Of a stretch of 64,000 nt of DNA, positions 56,314-64,000 are shown in pieces. Position numbers and translations under genes: made by a program. How positions within the stretch are numbered: the first letter of the stretch is position 1; every line of letters begins with the position of its first letter. The stretch is from Paraspadella gotoi (Eukaryota > Animalia > Chaetognatha), in NCBI GenBank assembly GCA_051294375.1, contig CM119263.1:19744115-19808114 (forward strand), given 5' to 3'. A model generated the notes under the pieces. It made no database searches and was not told where the DNA came from. It saw only the letters and a program-made list of their open reading frames with translations.

Positions 56314-58804
56314 CTAATGTTGGTCGAGTTTTTCGAGGAGCATCTCCGAGTATCCCGGGGTGTAGTACTTGACTATCTCGTCCGGATAGCAGCCGTTGAT
56401 CGAGGCTATGTACTCCTCGGTGGCAGATCCCGGTTCGCACTGAATTTCTTGAAGCCGCTTCAATCCCCCGGAAGTTACGAAGAGACGACGAGACTTTGGG
56501 TCATTGGGTAGAATCTTCCGGGGAAGGAACATCGAAAAAATAATAAAATTTAAATTAATAGACTAAAAAAGTATATTAATAATTAATTTGGTAAATTATC
56601 ATTAATATCCCAGTATAAGAGATATCTTAATCTTATTCTCTTAAAATACGTAGTTTCTCATAGATCTCATCTATGACCTTCGAGTATTGTCCGACGACAT
56701 ATTTGAGAATCTCGGGCGGAGCCGAATACAGTAGGGGTTCGAGAGCTTCGAGGTTGACGCACTTCTGTAGGACGTTTTGAAGACCGTGACTTGCTTTTTT
56801 CCGTAACTCTTCGGAGGCGTCTGTATGGCGGTTGAAGGTAAACTACAATCCCAAAAAATTAGTAGCTCGTGCATGCGAAAAAAAGGCTTCTTAATATCTT
56901 ATTTTATCGCAACAGCCGGGTTGCCTGTGATGCCCATTGGGATGGGGGATCTCACTATTGCTTTGGGGGCTTCGACCCTCATTGACGCCTCCGGCCCTCC
57001 AGTCACTGGCACGGTTACCCTTTGCCAACGCAGAGGGAAGTCGTTTGGACTGTGGATGGAACACTACGCCTGGGATGGCGTGTTTCCGTCTCTGAGCCAA
57101 TGGATTGGGCTGAAGGATGGTGGACGTGAGGCGGTGTGAATATACCGCCACAATTCCCTAATTCGCCTTTTCTGTCATTACTCGCCTTTCTTAACGTAAC
57201 AATCGAGCATTTTCGGGAAAACGTTGGCGATGGCGATGGATTTGGCGTGTTCAGGGGTGTGACGACCGATTTGGCCCAAAGCCCAAACCGTGGCCGCAAG
57301 AACGTAGTTTTCTTTATCTTCTTCTGTGAAGGAACGATATATTTGCCGCATTATCATTAAATCAAATCATCAAATCTTCGGGAAAACAAAAGTTAAAATC
57401 TGACCCAAACAAACGGCGAGTTGCACAACGCCCTTGGACACAATGACGGCCATGGCTAGGTTTTCTGAGTGCGCGGCCACGTAACCAAGAGTCATGATCC
57501 CCGGAAGCCGCACTCGCCCCTTGGAGTCGGCGAGGTACTCGACGACGGCGCCGACCCCACCTGCGTTGATCAACAGCTGCGCCATTTCTGGGGTGTGCTT
57601 GGAGATTTCCCTGGAAACGATGAGGAGATAATAAGCACAAATAAACAACATCGACAATGGTGTCGAAAACGACCTTGCCAGAGTCGCGCAATTCTTTTTG
57701 ACAGTGTCGTCGGGGTCTTTGAGAGAGACGAGGCAGTCCGGGTATACTTCGCTTTCGAGGACCAACTCGGCGAGATCCACAGAGTGCTTGGCGATTTGAC
57801 TCAGCACCGCGAAGATCTGACGCTTCAGGACGGCATCTTGCAACTTGATCATCTGTCCGACACATAGGGGGCTTGTAAATGACGGGACGTACCCAAGGTC
57901 TTCCCCCGTTTCTCAGTTTTTAAACCATTTATTTCGTCAACCAGGACTCCAACGCCCCAAAACATAAAAAGACGCGCCTTCGAGACCACGGAAATGGCAC
58001 CAGCGTCGACGACCGTCTGAGCCAAGTCCTTGGAGTGTTTGGCCACGTCGGCGATCGCTGAGGCGGCGACGCTCTTCAACGCCACTTCCGGTTCCTGAAC
58101 GCAGAGGAGAAGAAGAGGCACGGCGCCGGCGTCCGTGACGTATTGCGCAAGCTCGGCGTTGTGTCGCGCCACGTAGCTCAGCGCCCACGCTGCCGCCTCC
58201 TTCACGCTGGGATCGAACTCTTCCAGACAGATGACGAGGGCGTCTATCCCGCCGCATTCTACTACGGCCATCGCCATCTCTGGGGAATGCTTGGCCACGG
58301 CGCGAATTACGAAGCAGGCCACCTTAGAGAATGGAGTCAAACGATCCTTTTTTTTAATTTTTTTATGACAGCAATTTTTGAAATCCAAACCAGCATGTCG
58401 CGCTTCAAACTTCATTGTCGGGGAAAATTTAAAACACAAATTACAAAGAACGACGACGACGAAGACGACGACAGTGAGAAAAATTTGTCCTTTGCCCGGA
58501 CCTTTTTATAGAAGCGGTTCTCTTCCGCAATGGAGTGAATGAGCTTTTGAAGAGTTTGCTTGCCAACAATGTCGTCAGCGACTTTGGACGAGTGGTTGGC
58601 GAGACGACCGAGCGCCAGCACCGCCGTCTGCTGAATGCTGCGGTCTGTGTCCTGCAGCAGCGGCCGCAGCACGTCCAGCACTCCGGCCTCAAGCAGCGGC
58701 TTGACGTTCTCGCCGTTGAGGCCCATCTCCGAGACGCCGCAAACGAAGTTGGCCCGCGCCTTGCGAAAATTCTCCATTAGTTGGAGCACGTGGCGGTTGT
58801 TCAT
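56314..58804 (-). CDS. SPAG6: Sperm-associated antigen 6 (SPAG6/PF16), armadillo-repeat central-pair protein; complete copy, 7 exons
   Basis: MNNRHVLQLMENFRKARANFV...LLRPLLQD-type motif VLRPLLQD...IQQTAVLALGRLANHS...ENRFYKK|VACFVIRAVAKHSPE...CLEEFDPSVKEAAAWALSYVARHNAELAQ...RLPGIMTLGYVAAHSENLAMAVIVSKG...WALGQIGRHTPEHAK...LFVTSGGLKRLQEI...INGCYPDEIVKYYTPGYSEMLLEKLD. No frameshift is needed in this copy. Confidence 0.95.
56907..57152. mobile_element. Solo-LTR-like element in SPAG6 intron 5 (same family as 556-812)
   Basis: Reverse complement reads TGTGGCGGTATATTCACACCGCCTCACGTCCACC...GGCAACCCGGCTGTTGCGA, colinear with 556-812. Confidence 0.7.
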
Positions 58805-59469
58805 GGTGTCGGCTGGTTTTGAGATACTTAATGTTTGAACGACTACTTTTAATTATAATAAGTGTATTTTTATGATTTTTAATACTTAAATGCTTTTATA
58901 AGTATATACGATTTCTTTGTTTTATTGTTTTGTCTTTTATTTAAATCTTGTTGGGATTTTTTAAAACGTTTTTCGGAAAAAAATATTTTTTTGAGTAAAA
59001 TGATGAGATAATCCTAGATTCTAGAACGTGTTTTTATAAAAACATTGAAAAAACATGTTCGGAATGTACGGAGAAAAATTCCAAAACACTTTGTTTTAGT
59101 TTAGCTCGACTCAACAACAAAAAATAATTAATTTTCTGAGAAGTGACCATTCTCTTCTTATAGTAAGAACATTAAGTAACGATATCTTTCTAGCTATCGA
59201 GCAATCTGAATATATCTGTTTTATATTATCTATTATACTATTAAAATTTTATTTGATTCAGATCATCTTTTAAATTAAAAAAATTATCCAAAAAGTCACC
59301 ATGGTTTGTATTTACAGCTAGTCTGAGAAAAATCACCAATAACCAGAAAACAATAAATTCAAAATCCATGTACCCAAATTTAAGAACCAATACTTGAGAA
59401 ATCAGAGTGAAAAAATGGAGTAAATCAACAGCTGTACTTATTTTAAGTAATTTTTTCAAAAGATTTTCT

Positions 59470-62328
59470 TCATTGAAGAAAGATTTGGATCCGACTCGCC
59501 ATCTGCTTAGTATCTTCCTTAAGATGCCTCATATTTTCTCTCAACTGAGAATTTTCTTTTTGCAGCAATACTTTCGTTTCTTCCGTCTTACTTACGCTTG
59601 CTCGTAGATTTTCAATGATTTTTTCCGACTGAAAATTTTCTTCCTGCATTTGCATTATTGTTTTTTGAAGCTGATATTTGCTCGTTTGAAGAATTTTCAT
59701 AGTTTCCTTGGATTGCGTTTCTTGTTCTTGTATAACTTGTATATTTTCTTCCAACTCAGTTTTTTTCGAGCGTAAACATCTAATTATTCTTTTAATCTGA
59801 ATATTTTGTTTTTGTAATAGATTAATAGTAAAGGTCGAATTCTTGCTCCAACCCCTATTTCTTTGTTTTTCCGCCATTTCTATCTTTATATTCATTTCCT
59901 TATAAACTGATTCATTCCTGTTTTTCATTGCATCGGTTTCTTCCATGAGACCATCCCATCTTTTTCTCATCTCGTCCTTAAATTCAGCAAGATATTCCAT
60001 CAGGCAGCGATTTTGCTCCTGGAGATATTTGACTTCTTCGGCTTGTTTTACAAGTTGATTTCTCAAACCCTCGCCCATTGAATCTTCTTGTTTTTGCGAA
60101 TCCCCATCATCTATTTTAGGAACATGTGACGTTTTCACCTCCTCAAAGTCTTTTGTTTGAAGTTTTTCTGTTTTCAAGGGAGAATTCTTGTTTAGGGTCA
60201 CTTCGTTCTCAATGACTACGTCTGAATGAAATTCTTCTTCCTGCAAATCGAGTATAACTTCCTCCAACTTAGACTTGCTTCCTTGTAATATTTCAACAAC
60301 CTCTTTTGCCTGTCTACATTTTCCTTCTTGTATTACTTCCAATTCTTTACACTTGTGTTTTAACTCGAAATTTAAATTCTCCCTTTCCTTAAGAAGTTCC
60401 TCATTACATTTTTGAACCTCATTTGCATAATCAACGAAACCAAACAATTTTTCTACAATTTTATCTTGAAATTCGCCTAAATCATATAGGAGATCGGAAA
60501 TATTCTTCTTTAAATAAGTTTCTTCGTCTTTATCTTCGTCAATTTCTATCTTTGGTTGAAACTTGAAAGCACCTTGACGGATCATAGCTGCTGTTTCATT
60601 CAGGTCTTGTTTGACTACATGAGTCTTTGATATTTGTTTGACTTCTTCCTCTATTTCGATTTCATTTTCGGTACTCTCATAATGAGACTTTTCTTTACTG
60701 AATGATCCATTGTTTTCTTTTTCCAATTGACTTATAATTTCCTCCATCTGATCTTTACTTGAATGAAGAATATCTACGAGCTTCTTTGCCTGAGAGGATT
60801 TTCTATCCCGAGTTATTTTTAACTCTTTAGACTTTTCTTGCAATTGTAATGCCGTCAAGTTTTTTTCTTTCAAAAGTTTGTCATTCCATTTCTTGAAATC
60901 ATTGACATTTTCTAAAAAGCAAACCCATTTTTTCGTCATGTCATCTTGAAATTCATTTTGATCAGCTTCTTGTGGGTTTATTTGGTCCCTAAAACTGGTC
61001 ATGTCGTTTACTTCAGCTCCTTGTTCGTTTTGATAAATGACTTTTGTCGACTCTTTGTTTTCTATATCTTCTATTTTTTTTCTATTTGTTTTAAGAACCT
61101 CTAACTCTACAGTATTTTCCTCCTGTTCATCTGATTGAAACATGCTTGTTTGTTTATCTAGTTCCACTGATTTCTTCATCATCGCCTCTAATTCTTCTGA
61201 CTTTGATTTTAACTCCAACGTTAAATTGTTATTATTTTTAAAAAGCGTCTCATTCCATTTCTTAACTTCATCTGCTTTTTTAATGACATCGACCCATTCG
61301 TTCTTAGTTTCCTCAGTTACTTGGCGTCTGCTAGAGACGGGGATCATCTTCTTCGGTTTTATCTTTTCTTCTTCATCATGAGTTTCAATTTCAAACTTCT
61401 CTAGCTCCACGTCTGTTTGCTCTTGGATCGAGGGCGTTTCTTCGCTCACGTTAATAGCAATTGTTACTCCATCGAATCCAGATTCCTCTTTCAAATCAGC
61501 TTTGCATGTGACTGCGTTAGAGGTGTCTGTCACATCAACTGCGTCTGTGTCCGATCCATTTTGATTCGCGTTCAGTGAAAGATCATCTCTGTTAGATATT
61601 TCCGATTCTGAATTCTTAAAATGAGTGGAACTATCAGCTAGTAAAAGAGAAGTTGTTGCAGAGAGCGAAGTGTGGCAGGAGAAAAAATCTAGATTGCTGT
61701 TAGAGTGTATATCTAATGTAGTGATGCTATCAATGATGGCAGATCCTGCTTGGCTTGTGCTACAAGTGCTTGTTTCTAATAAACTTGGAGTAAGTGGATT
61801 ACAAATTTCTAAAACATTAAGATTTTCGGAATGGAATGTTTCCAGTGAGCTTGAAAGGCGAGACTCTTTTGGATAGCTACAAGCATTAGGGGTCAATTCG
61901 AAAAAAAATTCAGAAGCACTTAGCCTTAGGAATGATTCTGATGATGTTATTCTTTCGTTTGAAAGAATTTCTGATGAGCTTCTCCTGGAATGCTCAGGCG
62001 ATTCCGATGTATTATCATCGGCTTTAAGAGAAACTTGCAAGGATTTCAAATGAGTGGAATTAACCGATTCAGACGAAATTAGACCATCAGTAGGGGTAAA
62101 CTCTGACAAATTTGACGAACTCTGCGATTTGGAAGAAGCGCTAAAGGGTGTTTCTTGGATTCCCGTGTCCAATTCGCCATCTGAATTAGGATCCATGGAA
62201 AAATATTCAGATTCTTCATCCGATCGAGGATGGTCGCCGCGTCCTTTGTCACAAAGTAGGCCATTAATATTCATGTCATCAATGTTTTTTAATGGCTCTT
62301 GATCCTCGAGTTGACCGGTCTTCTCCAT
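59470..62328 (-). CDS. Intronless 952-aa protein with a Ser-rich disordered N-terminus and a Glu/Lys-rich repeated coiled-coil region; no family recognised
   Basis: A 2859-bp open frame in AT-rich DNA is very unlikely by chance. Start context GGCCATGG, heptad-like composition and four internal repeats. Confidence 0.8.
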   Translation of the reverse strand: MEKTGQLEDQEPLKNIDDMNINGLLCDKGRGDHPRSDEESEYFSMDPNSDGELDTGIQETPFSASSKSQSSSNLSEFTPTDGLISSESVNSTHLKSLQVSLKADDNTSESPEHSRRSSSEILSNERITSSESFLRLSASEFFFELTPNACSYPKESRLSSSLETFHSENLNVLEICNPLTPSLLETSTCSTSQAGSAIIDSITTLDIHSNSNLDFFSCHTSLSATTSLLLADSSTHFKNSESEISNRDDLSLNANQNGSDTDAVDVTDTSNAVTCKADLKEESGFDGVTIAINVSEETPSIQEQTDVELEKFEIETHDEEEKIKPKKMIPVSSRRQVTEETKNEWVDVIKKADEVKKWNETLFKNNNNLTLELKSKSEELEAMMKKSVELDKQTSMFQSDEQEENTVELEVLKTNRKKIEDIENKESTKVIYQNEQGAEVNDMTSFRDQINPQEADQNEFQDDMTKKWVCFLENVNDFKKWNDKLLKEKNLTALQLQEKSKELKITRDRKSSQAKKLVDILHSSKDQMEEIISQLEKENNGSFSKEKSHYESTENEIEIEEEVKQISKTHVVKQDLNETAAMIRQGAFKFQPKIEIDEDKDEETYLKKNISDLLYDLGEFQDKIVEKLFGFVDYANEVQKCNEELLKERENLNFELKHKCKELEVIQEGKCRQAKEVVEILQGSKSKLEEVILDLQEEEFHSDVVIENEVTLNKNSPLKTEKLQTKDFEEVKTSHVPKIDDGDSQKQEDSMGEGLRNQLVKQAEEVKYLQEQNRCLMEYLAEFKDEMRKRWDGLMEETDAMKNRNESVYKEMNIKIEMAEKQRNRGWSKNSTFTINLLQKQNIQIKRIIRCLRSKKTELEENIQVIQEQETQSKETMKILQTSKYQLQKTIMQMQEENFQSEKIIENLRASVSKTEETKVLLQKENSQLRENMRHLKEDTKQMASRIQIFLQ

Positions 62329-64000
62329 GGCCGTTTTGAAAGATCTCGCGCTTAAGTTTAACTAAAAAGAAAAATAAATAGATTAAGAAAATATAAAAAA
62401 TTATAGCGAGTAAATTCAATGACCGAGAGCAATAGGTTAGTGGCGATCGATTTTTTGTTCGAAATAATTTCCTTCAAGAAAAATACATAAAGAGAAAGAA
62501 GATTGTCGGTTATAAATTATAATAAATTATAATGACAAACTTTTCCAATCTTGGGGGTTTACGCTTTTTAACTTCGAAAGTTTCTGATCTTTGAAGTAAA
62601 TCTTTGTCATATAAATTTAAATTTTTTTTGAAAAAATTAAGGCAACGCTGGGAAATAAATCAGAATCTGCGACGCTGTTTCGTTTGTTCTCCTTTTGTTC
62701 TCATTTTGGTAAAGTCCATTTCTATACAAATTCTCAGAAATATTTTAATTTCAGGGCCTCAAAAAATTTTGCGCTTACCTGCCTAGACTGTATTATAATA
62801 ATATGTAAAAAGAGGAACTGTATTTAGCTCATTTTGAATGACGATAAAAACAAACAAAGAAATACCAAATATAAAACAAAGAAAGAACAACAAATGAACA
62901 AATTAACGAAAACCAGACGCCAGGCTGAATAGAGATGTAATAAAAAAATCAGAATAGAAATTTGTTTTATTTAAAAGTTATAAACAAACTATATCTACTT
63001 AAATATTTAGACTTCAGTTTTTACAAATTATTGCAATATAATCATTTCTGTTAGACAAGTGATAAAAAAAAAGTTTGTCATCCATCACTAAATTGGATAT
63101 GAAATTGGTACAACCAATATAAAAATTATCCATTCATTTAATAAATAAGCTATCTTGCCCCTGACTTTGGACAGGCTTTGGTGGTTTCAGGCCTCCATCA
63201 CTCTTACAAGATAATTACATAGCAGGTCCCTGCAAGCTTTCAATCAAGACTCTCTCACAGTCCCGTTTATTCACTCCCAGAGTACCTGGCTTCCCTATCA
63301 ATGAAGTGGAAAATATTTCAAAGAATGTTTCAATTGTATGAAAAGACCACTCCCTTAAGTATTAGATCGGGGAATACTTATTGTACTCCGCACTAGCATC
63401 ACTAGCATGTTATTGCTATGTCCGCACCTTTATTCTTTCTCTCCCTTTCTGACTATTATTTCGAGTACCTTATCAGTTTGGACTTCCACTTTTGACTTCA
63501 ACTTTAAAAATAATTTTTGAGTCATTTTTCTTAAGTGCTCGCGATTTATGAGAAATTGTTAGATCCGAATGATTCCTATAAATATCTCAATTCCCAGATA
63601 TGTTATATAATATATATATATTCTCAGTTCGTTCATGTGCTTTTTTTTCAAGAACTATTATCGAAGGAATTCCAGTCTGTTTTCCTAAATTTCTTTCTGC
63701 TCCCTTTATTGTACTAATATTTTCTTTGTAATTTTTTTTTTATCAATATATTTCTAAAACAATCTTTCTATATACAGGGACATATATTCGTTCTAATTTT
63801 ATTCACGTCTGTTTTCTTTTCCTATTTTTTTTTTTCGAGTTTCCCGGTTTCTCCTTCATTCCACTCGAAATATTTTGTTTGTTTTGATTCGACTTTAGAA
63901 GTTGAGATTCTCGCTTCGGTTTTTCTCTACATTTTCACCTTCCCAAGTTCCCAACTCCTTTGCCCTCTTTTCAAATTGGTTACATCGTTACAGAATAGAA

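Overview
Intron-dense animal genomic DNA, probably from an invertebrate, with GC/CpG-rich exons, short AT-rich introns and the standard genetic code. Gene models were spliced by hand. (1) 1-16549 (+): 30 exons of a 5'-truncated alpha-neurexin-like gene. Its LamG/EGF ectodomain and transmembrane helix splice in frame into a cytoplasmic PPxY motif and a WD40 region, with no PDZ-binding tail. Two small spliced antisense genes sit in its introns. (2) 17891-26947 (-): a white/ABCG half-transporter. Its introns hold an intronless antisense glutamate dehydrogenase, a tandem array of a tRNA-like unit and a palindrome with a degenerate hammerhead-like motif. (3) 27510-31234 (+): a PPP1R36-like gene, head-to-head with the ABCG gene. 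(4) About 31340-58804: four near-identical SPAG6 blocks plus a small convergent unknown gene, joined by N-gaps and foldback inversions, most likely an assembly or amplification artefact. The one complete SPAG6 copy appears to use two GC-AG introns. (5) 59470-62328 (-): an intronless AT-rich 952-aa coiled-coil ORF with internal repeats. Protein family calls rest on recalled motifs, not database searches.
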